Shown: positions 20,693 through 37,558, numbered from the stretch's first letter. The stretch is 64,000 nucleotides of DNA from the human T2T-CHM13v2.0 reference genome, Homo sapiens (GCF_009914755.1 NC_060941.1), one strand, 5' to 3'. Numbers and translations are program-made. The notes: generated by a model not told the origin, from the sequence alone.

Positions 20693-21201
20693 TAGCTAAT
20701 TTTTATATGTTCAGTAGAGACAGGGTTTCACCACGTTGGGCAGGCTGGTCTCGAACTGCTGACCTCCGGTGATCCGCCCACCTCAGCCTCCCAAAGTGCC
20801 TTTCCTCTTTAAGAACATCCTCCCCTTTGTTTCCTGACACAGTGTGGTCTTCCCCCACACCCCCGCGTGTTGGGATGTGAGACAGGTCCCCTGAGAGGTG
20901 CCCGCAGGCTGCCTGTCCTGTGTGTGTCCTCTGGTGCCCCTGCTCGGGAGCAGCTAGTGTCTTTGATGCTGACGTCTGCTGGAGGCCACAGGCTCCTAGT
21001 GTTTTTGATGCTGACATCTGCTGGAGCAGGCTCTGTTAGGGGTGTTGTGTGAGCTGGTGGAGACCCAGGCCCTGTTTGTCTCTGGCAGGGGCATAAGCTG
21101 GTAGGAGCTCACTGAGGTCGTGTCTGAAGGTGACTCAGTTTCGAGAGTGGGCGCTGGGATCCCTTGGAACTAATTTCCTTTCTTTTACTTTTGCTTGCAA
21201 G

Positions 21202-21284
21202 GGAGAGGAGGTGGGCAGGAGGAACGGCCCTTTGTGGCCCGGTTTGGATTTGACGTGGTGACGTGCTGTGGATACCTCCCCCAG
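21202..21284 (+). CDS. FN3KRP: FN3KRP exon 4
   Basis: Acceptor ttttgcttgcaag|; (G)[27 protein letters not shown]; donor CAG|GTGAGT; 83 nt. Confidence 0.97.
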
Positions 21285-21900
21285 GTGAGTGCACGGCGTT
21301 TGCTTCTATTTCACAATCAGGTCAGCTGTTCAGACACACGGGTTGGGGGGACACACCCCCCTCCTTTTTTTGTGAGCTTCAGTAAAAGTATTTGCACCAT
21401 TTTTTCTTTGCTGATGTTTGAGAGGTTGACGTAAGATTGACCCACCTAATATGCTAGGTAAGCATGAAGAAACTGAGGAGGACCAGCAAGTTAGGAGCTG
21501 GATTTCAAGGTGGGTAAAAATGAGGGAATTTAACAAATGTTTTATTTTAGGTATACTAAACTCTCAAAGAGGGTGGAATGACAAGGGTTTGTCACTTTCG
21601 GTTGTGTGATTTTATGGTGGCTTCCCTCCGCATTTCCACCGGGGGAGTTCTGCTTGACGCCCAGCACATGTGCAGTGGACAGGGCTCCTGTCCTGTCCTC
21701 GAGAGGAGGGTACAGATGAACCCAGAAAACTTGCCAGGGTTTCCTGGCGGGCGCGGGGGCAGTAGAAAGACTTTGAAATGTTGAAGTTTGTTCAGAAACC
21801 TGCTTAGGGGCGGGGAGTGGTGCCCTCTGGTCCTGCCTGCTGGCGGGGGGTGGGGGGTTTTCGCCAGCTCCGCCCCTTCGTCTCGTGGCTGTACTCACAG

Positions 21901-22110
21901 TGTGTGTGTGCATGTGTGTGTGTGCATATGTGTATTTGTGTGCACGCACGTCTGTGCGCATATGTGTATGTGTGTGCATGTGTGTGCATATGTGTGCATG
22001 TGTATGTGCACGCATGTGTGCATGTGTATGTGTGCACACGTGTGTGCATGTGTGTACGCGTGTGTGCGCACATGTATGTGTGCAGGCGTGTGTGCGCATG
22101 ACTGTGTGCC
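21901..22110. repeat. (TG)n/(TGCA)n alternating purine-pyrimidine repeat
   Basis: tgtgtgtgtgcatgtgtgtgtgtgcatatgtgt... Confidence 0.93.
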
Positions 22111-22367
22111 TGATGCATGATGTTGGCGTCGTGTGCTACTCCAGTCGTGTGTGTCTGTCTTGCTTCCCTCCTGGGTGGTAAGCACCTGTGACCTGGATGT
22201 CCTTTCTCGGGGTCCTTCTCAATGGGGCTCCATGTGACTTTTCCTGTCATCACTGTCTGGGGAGGGGCTGTCTGGACAGATGTCAGAAGTGAGCCATGGG
22301 GTTGGGGCAGGTCAGCCAGCTCTGGCCTCAGTACTCCAGTGTGATTGTAAATTAAGAGGAAATGTTA

Positions 22368-23450
<1,083 letters not shown>

Positions 23451-23718
23451 TGATCTGCTTGCCTCAACCTCCCAAGGTGCTGGGATTACAGGCATGAGCC
23501 ACCGCGCCTGGCCAAAAATTTAAAATTTAGTTTTAATTTTAATTTTAAAAGATAGAGTCTCTCTCTGTTGCCCAGGCTGGAGAGCAGTGGCATGATCATA
23601 GCTCACTGCAGCCTCAAACTTTCTGGGCTCAAGCCATCCTCCTGCCCCAGCCTCCCATGTAGCTGGGACTACAGGCATACACCACCACACTTGGCTAATT
23701 TTTTAATTTTTTTTGTAG

Positions 23719-23871
<153 letters not shown>

Positions 23872-23874
23872 TGA

Positions 23875-24042
<168 letters not shown>

Positions 24043-24419
24043 TGAACCACCACACCTGGCCCCCCTTTCAAAATTTTAAATGGACTTATGCTCTGACCCA
24101 GTAATTATCCTTTAGGATTTATTCTACAGGCATATTTACATGTATGCAAAATGGCACAGACACAAGGGTATTTGCTGTGCCACTCTTGGTACTATGACAA
24201 GGAAAATCCAGAGGAGCACTGGGTGAAGTCCTGGTGCATCATCTGATGAACTATTGTCAGCTGCTACAAAACAACGTAAAGAAAGCGGGAGCAGGGCCAG
24301 GTGCAGTGGCCCACGCCCGCCCGTAATCCCAGCACTTTGAGAGGCTGAAGCGGGCAGATCACCTGAGGTCAGGAGTTTGAGACCAGCCTGACCAACATGG
24401 CGAAACCCCGTCTCTACTA

Positions 24420-24581
<162 letters not shown>

Positions 24582-24882
24582 TCAGAAAAAAGAAAAAGAA
24601 AAAAAAATGTTCTAGAAGCCTTCATTCTTGGAAGGCTACAGAGTGGGTCCTGAAGCATCCCCATGCTTCCCACTGCTCTTGGGATAGGATCTGAGGTCTC
24701 AGCATGTCCATGAGACTCCGGTTCCTCCTGGGATGTGGTTCCCCCCTCAGGCTCCTGTGACTGCCACCCCTCCCACGTGCCGCTCCTGCAGCCCTCTCCA
24801 CTTTGAGATGCTTGTGGGTAGCTGAGCTCTCCCTTGGTTCTGGCATTTTCCAGTGAACTGTGCTTTTGCTGTTACTGTGCAG

Positions 24883-25005
24883 GTGAATGACTGGCAGGAG
24901 GACTGGGTCGTGTTCTATGCCCGGCAGCGCATTCAGCCCCAGATGGACATGGTGGAGAAGGAGTCTGGGGACAGGGAGGCCCTCCAGCTTTGGTCTGCTC
25001 TGCAG
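24883..25005 (+). CDS. FN3KRP: FN3KRP exon 5
   Basis: Acceptor tgtgcag|; [41 protein letters not shown]; donor CAG|GTGAGT; 123 nt. Confidence 0.97.
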
Positions 25006-25235
25006 GTGAGTGGGGCCCCACTGCATGCCCAGCACCTGCCACACACCCCACTTGCCTGAGGTAGGGGAGGCACCAAGGCAGGTGAGGCCACCTCTGAGTC
25101 TGATTCTGGGTGGGAAGCGGGTGCCTGGTGGTGTGCTATCCGCTGCTGCCTGGGCTGGGGGCGGCGGGGACCTGGAGCGGCGCCCCTCATGCACGCGTTG
25201 ATCAATTTGCTGAGGCTCCATTTTCCTCCCTGCAG

Positions 25236-25574
25236 TTAAAGATCCCTGACCTGTTCCGTGACCTGGAGATCATCCCAGCCTTACTCCACGGGGACCTCTG
25301 GGGTGGAAACGTAGCAGAGGATTCCTCTGGGCCGGTGATTTTTGACCCAGCTTCTTTCTACGGCCACTCGGAATATGAGCTGGCAATAGCTGGCATGTTT
25401 GGGGGCTTTAGCAGCTCCTTTTACTCCGCCTACCACGGCAAAATCCCCAAGGCCCCAGGATTCGAGAAGCGCCTTCAGTTGTATCAGCTCTTTCACTACT
25501 TGAACCACTGGAATCATTTTGGATCGGGGTACAGAGGATCCTCCCTGAACATCATGAGGAATCTGGTCAAGTGA
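25236..25574 (+). CDS. FN3KRP: FN3KRP exon 6 (coding part)
   Basis: Acceptor ttttcctccctgcag|; LKIPDLF...[10 protein letters not shown]...[16 protein letters not shown]...NLVK*; catalytic HGDLWxGN motif; total CDS 930 nt = 309 aa. Confidence 0.98.
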   Translation, partial: LKIPDLFRDLEIIPALLHGDLWGGNVAEDSSGPVIFDPASFYGHSEYELAIAGMFGGFSSSFYSAYHGKIPKAPGFEKRLQLYQLFHYLNHWNHFGSGYRGSSLNIMRNLVK

Positions 25575-26365
25575 GCGGGCCTTACTCTGGAAGGAGGCCT
25601 CAGAGGTTTCTCCACAGTCCTCTTCTGGGCAAATTCTTGTTTCTTCACATGCCGGACTAGCTTAAGACCAATGCAGTAGCTTATTTCCAAGCCTTGCAAA
25701 GTATATAATATCTAAGAGGAAAGGTTTTGTCATCCCAGCGTTGTCCACTTTGTGGGGCTTTGTAGGTAGACGGAGCCACACTACAGGCAGGGTATGAGCA
25801 GAGGGATGTATGGAGTGTGGGTGACTCTGAGCCTCACTGCTGCTGCAAGGTGGGGAAACTGTAAGTGAACCCCTGTGGGTGCGGGGGAGGGTATCCGGTG
25901 CACAGGGAGGTGGCCAGCGCCCCCGGGCACTGCTGCTCATAGGTACCTTTCCGCTGCCTCCTCCCTGCTCTCCTGTGCAGGAATGTCTCTGAGCTGTTCA
26001 CGTTGATGCTTCTTGGTTGGCAAGACTTGGGTGTAGATATGAAACCATCTTACTAAAAGCGTCTTAAAATGACCAATTCCAGAATCAAGCGTATTCCGTT
26101 TTCTTCCTGCATGATCCTGGGCCCTCCCGCAGGCTGAGCAAGTCTGTAAACTGATTCTGGGAGAAACCAAGCTGCTGGCCGTAGGGTGTCCTTGGGTACA
26201 TCCAGGAGTCTTCATTGCTTCTGTTATTACCCCGTCTCCTCTGCCATTTTCTACAGCTTGCTGAGTTGTCATTCCTTTGCAACATTAAAATACATGCTGA
26301 ACTCATATTTTTCCTTCCTTCACTGTTGTAGTAAAGAGACATATTTCATGAATGGCATTGATGCT

Positions 26366-26396
26366 AATAAATCCTTTGCACAAAAATTTGAATAAA
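26366..26396 (+). terminator. FN3KRP: FN3KRP polyadenylation signals (two AATAAA)
   Basis: AATAAA at 26366 and 26391, about 0.8 kb after the stop, followed by T/GT-rich sequence. Confidence 0.8.
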
Positions 26397-27920
26397 CTTC
26401 CAGTGGTTTCGATAATGTACAAGATTGTATATTTCCCTCATTTATTGTAATTCAATATCTTAGTTGTTTGCTGAAAAACTTGTAATATTTTGTGACAAAC
26501 AGGTACAACTAGTGTTTTTGTTGTTGTTTTTAGAGACGGTCTTGTTCTGTTGCCTAAGCTGCAGTGCGGTGGCATGATCATAGCTCACTGCAGCCTCAAA
26601 CTCCCAGGTTCTAGCAGTCCTCCCATCTCAGCCTCTTGAGTAGCTGGAACTACAGGCGTGCACCACCACACCCGGCTAATTTTTGTATTTTTAGTAGAGA
26701 TGAGGTTTTGCCATGTTGCCCAGGCTGGTCTCAAACTCCTGAGCTCAAGCAATCCTCCCACCTTAGCCTCCCGAGTGCTGGGATTACAGGCCTGAGCCAC
26801 CATGCCTGACCCAACTGTTCTTTCTTTCTTTTTTTTTTTTTTTTAAGACAGAGTCTCACTGTTTCCAAGCTGGAGTGGTGCAATGGTGTGATCTCGGCTC
26901 CCTGCAACCTCTGCCCTCCGCCTTCTGGGCTCAAGCAATTCTCATGTCGCAGCCTCCTGAGTAGCTGGAGTAGTCGGTGTGTCACCACAGTGGCTAATTT
27001 TTGTATTTTTAGTAGAGACGGGGTTTCACCATGTTGCCCAGGCTGGTCTCCAACTCCTGACTTCAGGCAATCAACCCGCCTCAGCCTCCCAGCTGTTTCT
27101 TTTTTCTTTTTCTTTTTGAGATGGAGTCTTGCTCTGTCACCCAGGCTGGAGTATAGTGGTGCGATCTCAGCTCACTGCAACCTCTGCCTCCTGGGTTCAA
27201 GGATTCTCCTGTCTCAGCCTCCCGATGTAGCTGGGATTACAGGTGTGTGCCACCACACCTGGCTAATTTTTGTATTTCTAGTAGAGATGGGATTTTGCCA
27301 TCTTGGCCAGGCTGGTCTTGAACTCCTGGCCTCAAGGAATCTGCCTGCCTTGGCCTCCCAAAGTGCTGGGATTACAGGCCTGACCCACCATCCCTGACCC
27401 AACTATTGTTTCTTAAAAAAAACTCTTTTTAACCTTGCCTTTTTGTTAGGGTAGAAGGATAGCTCAGAGCTTCAAAGAGCAGGACTAGCCTAAGAACTGT
27501 CTGTGATATTTGACCAGAGGTGCAGCCTAGCTGCCATTCTTCCTCACCCTGTGGAAGACATTAAAGGGAGAATGAAAGTAGCTGTAGAATTACCTTTGGG
27601 GGAAGAAGCCACTTGGTGAACTTGGCAAACACCCGTGTTTGAGGGGTCACCCAGGGTGTCATGAGCTGGGCCGGAGGGGATGGATTGATTACTTGTCTTG
27701 TTTGCTTGTTTCTGTTGTAAGTCAGGGCCCCTCAGCAGAAGGCAGAACAGAACCGAGTTCCTTTAGAATGCTGGTTTTTGTGTGGAGTGAGGAAGGACCG
27801 TGAGTGTGGTCAGTTTCCAACCTGACAGGACCTGCTCCCGTTGGCCAGGACTGCAGCTTGTTACTTTGACCCTGGGAAGAAGGTAAGTGTTCCCAAGAAA
27901 AGGGACGTCCCAAAGCGGCG

Positions 27921-28397
27921 CCATCCCGATGGCACGTGTGCTGCTCGACTCCCTGCCGGGTAGGTCCATCCTGACGGCGCATGTGCCCCTCAGCTCCCCC
28001 CACTGGGTAGGTCCATCCCGACAGCACCTGTGCTGCTCGACTCCCCCCACTGGGTGGGTCCATCCCGACAGCACCTGTGCCGCTCGACTCCCCCCACTGG
28101 GTAGGTCCATCCTGACAGCACCTGTGCTGCTCGACTCCCCCCACTGGGTAGGTCCATCCCGACAGCACCTGTGCTGCTCGACTACCCGCCGGGTAGGTCC
28201 ATCCCGACAGCACCTGTGCCCCTCACCTCCCTGCCGGACGGTGCGTGTGCCGCTTGGCTCCCCACCAGGTAGGTCCATCCCGACAGCACCTGTGCCGCTC
28301 ACCTCCCCACCGGGTAGGTCCATCCCGACAGCACCTGTGCCGCTCACCTCCCTGCCGGGTAGGTCCATCCCGACGGCGCGTGTGCCGCTTGGCTCAA
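27921..28397. repeat. 45-47-bp minisatellite, about 10 copies
   Basis: Unit TAGGTCCATCCCGACAGCACCTGTGCTGCTCGACTCCCCCCACTGGG at 27961, 28008, 28055, 28102, 28149, 28194, 28270, 28315, 28360. Confidence 0.95.
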
Positions 28398-28399
28398 GG

Positions 28400-28655
28400 C
28401 CCTGACATCGTTCCACTCAGCACAGCATCAGGTGCCCGGGACCCTGGACATCATCGTTCTGTGTCAGCACATCAGGTGCCCGGGGCCCGGACATCATCGT
28501 TCCACTCAGCACAGCATCAGGTGCCTGGGACCCTGGACATCATCGTTCCACTCAGCACAGCATCAGGTGCCTGGGACCCTGGACATCATCGTTCTGCTCA
28601 GCACAGCATCAGGTGCCCGGGACCCTGGACGTCATTCTGCATCAGCACAACATCA
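28400..28655. repeat. ~46-bp minisatellite, about 5.5 copies
   Basis: Unit GGGACCCTGGACATCATCGTTCCACTCAGCACAGCATCAGGTGCCT. Confidence 0.93.
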
Positions 28656-28915
28656 CCAGTGACGAGAGCCTCCCCAAGTGGTTGACGGGAAGGATGGTTC
28701 GGTCCTCCAGAGGCGGTGGCCTTCTCTTCCTCGATGACATTGCCGGGCTGCACCTTGTGAGAGGCCGTCGCTGAGAGTGCAGCCAAATGGAACCATCAGG
28801 AGGGGTGTCTCGGGGGTGTCGAAATGGTAAACAGTAGTGGGTAGTTTTCAGATTTTGCAATGCTGCGGTATGTGTCAGCTTTTTATTTTTTATTTTCTTT
28901 TTTATTTAATTTTAA

Positions 28916-29224
<309 letters not shown>

Positions 29225-32200
29225 TAAGTTGATGCAATGCTTATTCTAAAATATCTAATTTTGTATTATTATAATATATGCATGTTATATATTTTTATAT
29301 ATACACACTTTTTCATAAAGGGCTATCAAAATCCTATAGGCTTCAGGCACAATAGATGCCCTTGCATCTACTCAGAGTTGATTCTTCTGGATTATTCTGT
29401 CCATGAGAGACCATATGCATGTCATCAGAGGATGAACTTCTCATCCAAAGCTGTGCTGTTTTCTGGGCTGGCTCAGCTGGAAGAGATGGGGGAGGGGATA
29501 GGTTCTGATTTGGAGGCATAGTTTTTTGTTTTTTGTTTTTGAGGTGGAGTCTCACTCTATCGCCCAGGACATCTGGGAGTGCAGTGGTGACATCTTGGCT
29601 CACTGCAACCTCCACCCTCCGAGTTCAAGCGATTCTCCTGCCTCAGCCTCCCAACTGGGATTACAGGCACCTGCCACCGTGCCCAGCTAATTTTGTTTTG
29701 TATTTTTAGTAGAGATGGGGTTTTACCATCTTGGGCAGTCTGGTCTTGAACTCCTGATCTCGTGATCCACCCACCTCAGCCTCCCAAAGTGCTGGGATTA
29801 CAGGCGTGAGCCACCACGCCCGGCCTGGAGACATGGTTTTAAGGGACAGCTGTGTGCTATGTCCTTGCAGGCTGCTGTGTTGACATCTGAAAGCACAGAG
29901 GGACTGGGCTCTGGACACAGCTCCGAGACTCCTCGGTCAAGGGAACAGCTGGAAGAGGTTTGTTCTCTTTGGGCAGCCGTGAACATCGCTAGGACCTCCG
30001 GGGAGGAAGTCCAGGGAAATGGTGGTTGCCCTGAGCTCCCATCCAGGACTCTCAGTTCTCATCTTTGGGATCTTGGGGGCAATGTGGCTCCACTTTTTAT
30101 TTCTTACTGTAAGTGGGATTATATCAAAACACCTAATCTAACACAGTCAGAGCGTCAGCTTTTCCACAGAAGTGAATCTTTAGATACCTGAAGACAAGCC
30201 TTCTGTCCCAAAGCATTTTACTTTTCATCCTTTTAATGAAAGTGCGCCTAAAGCGGCCAGGCGCAGTGGCTCACGCCTGTCATCCCAGCACTCTGGGAGG
30301 CCGAGGTGGGCGGATCACCTGAGGTCAGGAGTTCGAGACCAGCCTGGCAAACATGGCAAAACCCTGTCTCTACCATAAATATGAAAATTAACTGGGCGTG
30401 GTAACGTGCGCCTGCAATCTCAGCTACTCGGGAGGCTGAGGCAGGAGAATTGCTTGAACTCGGGAGGCGGAGGTTGCAGTGAGCCGAGATCGTGTCACTG
30501 CACTCCAACTTGGAGACAGGGCAAGACTCCATCTCGGGGTGGGGAAGACCTGTATCTTGGAAAGATGATGTAGGGGTGCACTGTAAGGGGTATATTGGAG
30601 GGGGAATTCCAGGCAGCAGGGAGAGGGCTGGCGGGGGCTTTCCTGTGAGTGGGTAAGCAGGACTGTGAGAAGGGCAAAGGCCCAGGAGCCATGGAGGGGC
30701 CAGGACAGGGTGGTGAGAGAGAGGGAGCAGTGCCACCGGCTTGTCCACGTATTTCACTGAAGCCTGTGCCACGTCTGCACATCCCACCTCCACCCATCCA
30801 CGCCTCTGCCTGAACCACTCCATTAACCAGCTGGCCTCTGCTTGGGGTGGCCCAGGGGAGCCGAGAGGAGATGGGGAGGGTGGGTGAGGTTAGGATATCA
30901 TTCTCAGACTTCCTTCATCAAGCCCACACCCCAGGCCTGGGTGGCGCCAGCTCTGTAGCCAGGCTCAGCTCTGTCCTGTGGTCTCCCCACACCCTGCCCA
31001 TGTCTGTGCCAGGCCCCTTTCTTGGGTCCTCCTTGATTCCTCCAGCTTGAGGTCCACATCCCACCTTTACTCCGTCCACGCCTCTCCTCTGGGCTGATGG
31101 TAGGATCACAAGCATGGGTGGCCCCGACACCTGACCAGCACCGCAGACCAGGCCCTGTACTAAGACATCCAGGCAGATGGGGAAAAAGATGGGTGGTACC
31201 ACTCCCAGAACGGGAAACCGGACAGAGGGCAGGTTCTGTTTTGTTTGTGACGGAGTCTTGTTCTGTCACCCAGGCTGGAATGCAGTGGCGTGATCTCGGC
31301 TCAGTACGACCTCCACTCCCAGGCTCAAGCAATTCTCCTGCCTCAGCGTCCCAAGTAGCTGGGATTACAGGTGTGTGCCACCATGCCCGACTAAAATTTT
31401 TTTGTATTTTTCGTAGAGATAGGGTTTCACCAAGTTGATCAGGCTGGTCTTGAACTCCTGACCTTGTGATCTACCCACCTCGGCCTCCCAAAGAGCTGGG
31501 ATTACAGGCATGAGCCACTGCAACCAGCCGATACAGGTCGTTTTAAAAACAGTATTATTTGCACACCATACAATTTACACTACTAATTCTCTAAGAAACT
31601 TGGGATCACTTAACTGCCCTGCCCTTGAATCTTCAACAGCTCTTAACCCCCCACATAGAGGACTTCCTAGCCTGGTGCCTGCATATCTGTTTCTTCATTC
31701 AGGCACCTCTTCTCACTGAGAGACCTGAGCACTCGTACGGTTCTCTGTGTGACGCCTAATATCTGACTGTAGACTCATGAGTTGTATGAAGAAAAATTAC
31801 AAGGGGCTTTGAGGCAGTAACAGAGAGGACTGACTCTAGACCACAGTGTTGGAATTCCAAAAAAGAGAACCAAGAATACAGAGGGAGAACGCCATGAAGG
31901 GCTAAAAGCTGTCCCAGGATTGGAGGACCCACCAGTCCTGTTCAGGGGATGACAGGAGACTCACCCTGACACCTCCCTGGGGAATTTTTCACTGGTGTCA
32001 CAGAGAAGACCCTAAAAGCCTGCAGAGATAGAACAGTTTCCACACAAAGAATAAGAACTGAAATGGCCATAAGCTTCTCAACATCAAAACTGGAGCTGGC
32101 AGCTTCTTGGTTCCTAAAGAACATGGTCTGATCTCCAAGCTGGAATTTGATACCCAGCCAAACTGTCAACTAGGAAGAAAGAAATTTACAGACGTACGAG

Positions 32201-33083
32201 AGCTCACACTGGCCTGTCAGGAACCTTCTGTCAAGATGCGATAGCAGGGTGGGCTTCAGATGAGAAAAAGCCAGGGACTGGCACATGCCCTTTCTGCAGA
32301 CACCACAGTCATCCTCCTGTCCTACCTGCTGTTCTGCGGCAGCCCTGCCACTCCTGTCACGAGGTGGCTGCTTGGCCGGGTGCCATGTGTAATCCCAGCA
32401 CATTGGGAGGCTGAGGCAGGCGGATCACCTGAGGCCAGGAGTTTGAGACCATCCTGGCCAACATGGTGAAACCCCGTCTCTACTAAAAATACAAAAATTA
32501 GCGGGGCGTGGTGACGCGTGCCTGTAATCCCAGCTACTCAGGAAGCTGAGGTAGGAGAATCGCTTGAACCCGGGAGGTGGAGGTTGCAGTGAGCCGAGAT
32601 TGCACTTCAGCCTGGGTGACAGAGCAAGACCCTGTTTCAAAAAAAAAAAGAGGTGGCTGCGGATCCCCTTGCCTTGATTGCGGCTTTGGAGACCGATGGA
32701 AGGAGGTGGAAATGATGGTGTGTGGCTTCTGAGGCCAGGTCAGAAAAGGCCTTTGCTTCTGCCAGCTCTCTGGGAGCTCTGGCTCTCCCAGTGCTCACTC
32801 TTGGAACCTGGCCTCCATGTTCAGGGAAGCTCAGGCCACACCAGGAGGCCACATGGACATGTCCTGCTTGACAGTGACCGCTAAGCCCAGGTTCCAGTGA
32901 TCCTGGCCGAGGTGCCAGATGTAGGAGTTAAGGAGCCTCCCGATGACCCCAGCCCAGCTGAGCAAGTGGGCAGGACCGCGGGGATAGGCAGCTCCCAAAG
33001 GCTCCCTCCCCGCAGCAGGACCCCTGCATCTCTGTGGGAAAAGACAATTGTTGGGGCCCTAAAAAAAACAGATTTATTGATTA

Positions 33084-34500
<1,417 letters not shown>

Positions 34501-34829
34501 AGGCTTCTAGGGGTGGTTTTAACTTTTCTATCCAGCAAGCGTCGGGGGATGTGAGGCTTGGGGTCCTTGGCTCAGCTCTGGGCCGCCCCTCTCAGCCCAC
34601 CGTCCTCCTGGCAGTGGGAAAGAAGCAGAGACATGGCTGGGCCCCTGGCAGGGACCCCACGGGCCAGGCCAGCGTTCTCCTTCCCACAGGCCTTGTCTGT
34701 GTTTAGACCTGATTTCTATCTCCTGCTGAAAATAGTTCTGTTTAAGAATGTATGGAAGGCCGGGCGCAGTGGTTCACACCTGTAATCCCATCACTTTGGG
34801 AGGCCGAGGTGAGTGGATCCCTGAGGTCA

Positions 34830-35283
<454 letters not shown>

Positions 35284-36052
35284 TCACCTGCTCTGCCGGC
35301 TCAGAACCAAATCCCTCAAAGTGGGGAGTCCTACTCACAGGGAAGCAGTTTTTGGTTCAGGCTTCCCACGGGCTCTGGGAAACTTCCTCAGCTGGTCCTG
35401 AAAGCTCTGCAGGGTGAGACCCCTCCTTCCCTCCCACCCCCACGAGGGGCCGGCACACAGTAGCTGCTCAGTCCATGCATAAGAGCAGGTGATGCTGGGG
35501 CCCCTGGGGCTTAGCAGCCCCAAGGCCGGGAGTTCCTGGCCTGGTGCATGGGGGGCTCGCCCTGGAGCAGGGCTGGGGTGTGCCGGCCGCCCTCCCACCT
35601 GTGGACACTCACACCCACCCTCGGTGCAGGCTGGCCAGGGCTGCCAGGCTGGGGAGGCTGTGCCTGGGCTTTCCCTGGGGTACTTTGAAGGAAAGGGCGT
35701 TCTGTTCGTGTGCACCAGCAGATGCTTTGGTCTCATTCATGAGGTTTGATTTTTTTAAACATGCAGTCCTACACTTTGGGCGACTGAGGAAAGGTGGATC
35801 ACTTGAGGCCAGGAGTTTGAGACCAGCCTGGCCATCATGGTGAAATTCCATCTCTTTTTTTTTGAGACGGACTCTTGCTCTGTCGCCCAGGCTGGATCTC
35901 GGCTCACTGCAAGCTGCGCCTCCCGGTTCACTCCATTCTCCTGCCTCAGCCTCCCGAGTAGCTGGGACTACAGGTGCCCGCCACCTTGCCTGGCTAATTT
36001 TTTGTATTTTTAGTAGAGACGAGGTTTCACCGTGTTAGCCAGGATGGTCTCA

Positions 36053-36346
<294 letters not shown>

Positions 36347-36997
36347 TCATGGACCACGTTCGTCAATGCATGTTTTCAACCAATGTGTACTGTACGTGAG
36401 GTGAGTGTTCACCTAACTGAAAACTGGAATGTTTGTGGGAATATTTCAGAAACAGGAAGGCCCAGGTCCCACGGGAGGCGTTGGGGGCCGGCCGGGTGTG
36501 CCGTGCCTTTTACCTTCCCAGCCCCTGCCCTGGACCTGAGGCCCCGCCTGATGGGCCCAGCCCTCTTCTTCCCTGCCTGACGTGTGTGCCCAAGTTAGCT
36601 CCAGTGAGGCCTCTGCTGTGGCTGCCCCACCCTAAGAGGCAGCAAGGAAGGTGGGTAGCCCGGGGGTCCAGCTCTGGACCTTGGTTCACTCACACCTCCC
36701 CACGCCCTCAGTGCTCCCGGGCACCCACACGTGGCCTGTGCATCCTCCTGTCACAGCAGCCTGCAGACCCCACACCCCTCACGGCCCAGGCTCAGCCTCA
36801 GCCTTGCAGCCTCTCGTCTCCGACGGGGGGGCCCCTCTGCACCCTGCCCTCTGTGGTGGACGCCAGCTCCCAGCCAGAGCCAGCTATCAGTGAATGAAGG
36901 TCCTTGTGACTCCCACGTGGTAGCTTCTGTCAAGGGCCCAGTGGGCAGAGGCCCTGGCTGAGTCAACAAGGCTGACAAGGCTGTGTTCTGGATGCAG

Positions 36998-37149
36998 GCC
37001 CGGCAGATGTTTGAGGGGGAGGTGGCCAGCCTGGAGGCCCTCCGGAGCACGGGCCTGGTGCGGGTGCCGAGGCCCATGAAGGTCATCGACCTGCCGGGAG
37101 GTGGGGCCGCCTTTGTGATGGAGCATTTGAAGATGAAGAGCTTGAGCAG
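36998..37149 (+). CDS. FN3K: FN3K exon 2
   Basis: Acceptor gatgcag|; ARQMFEGEVASLEALRSTGLVRVPRPMKVIDLPGGGAAFVMEHLKMKSLS; donor AG|GTGAGT; 152 nt. Confidence 0.97.
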
Positions 37150-37416
37150 GTGAGTGTGTGTGAGACCCATATGCACACATGTGTACAGGCAGAGAGAGAC
37201 TCAGAGACAAACAGAGAGAGACAGAGAAAGGGATAGAGATGGGGAGGGAGACAGAAACAGGGAGAAGCCTGTGGCTGAGCCGTCCACACAACTGCCCGGT
37301 TATCAGAGGCAGGGCCAAGAGTTCCACCCTGCCATTCTTAATGGAGATAAAAAGTTACTGCTTTCTGGTATGTGACTGGTTTTCCTAGATAAGTTTGGCT
37401 GTAATGAGGCTGCATA

Positions 37417-37434
37417 AAATATATATATATACAC

Positions 37435-37468
<34 letters not shown>

Positions 37469-37558
37469 GTGTATATATATATATACGTATATATATATAC
37501 GTATATATATACGTGTATATATATATATATACACGTGTATATATATATATATATATAT
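37417..37558. repeat. Interrupted (TA)n microsatellite abutting an Alu tail
   Basis: (TA)n runs interrupted by CG, CACG and CGTG. Confidence 0.95.
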
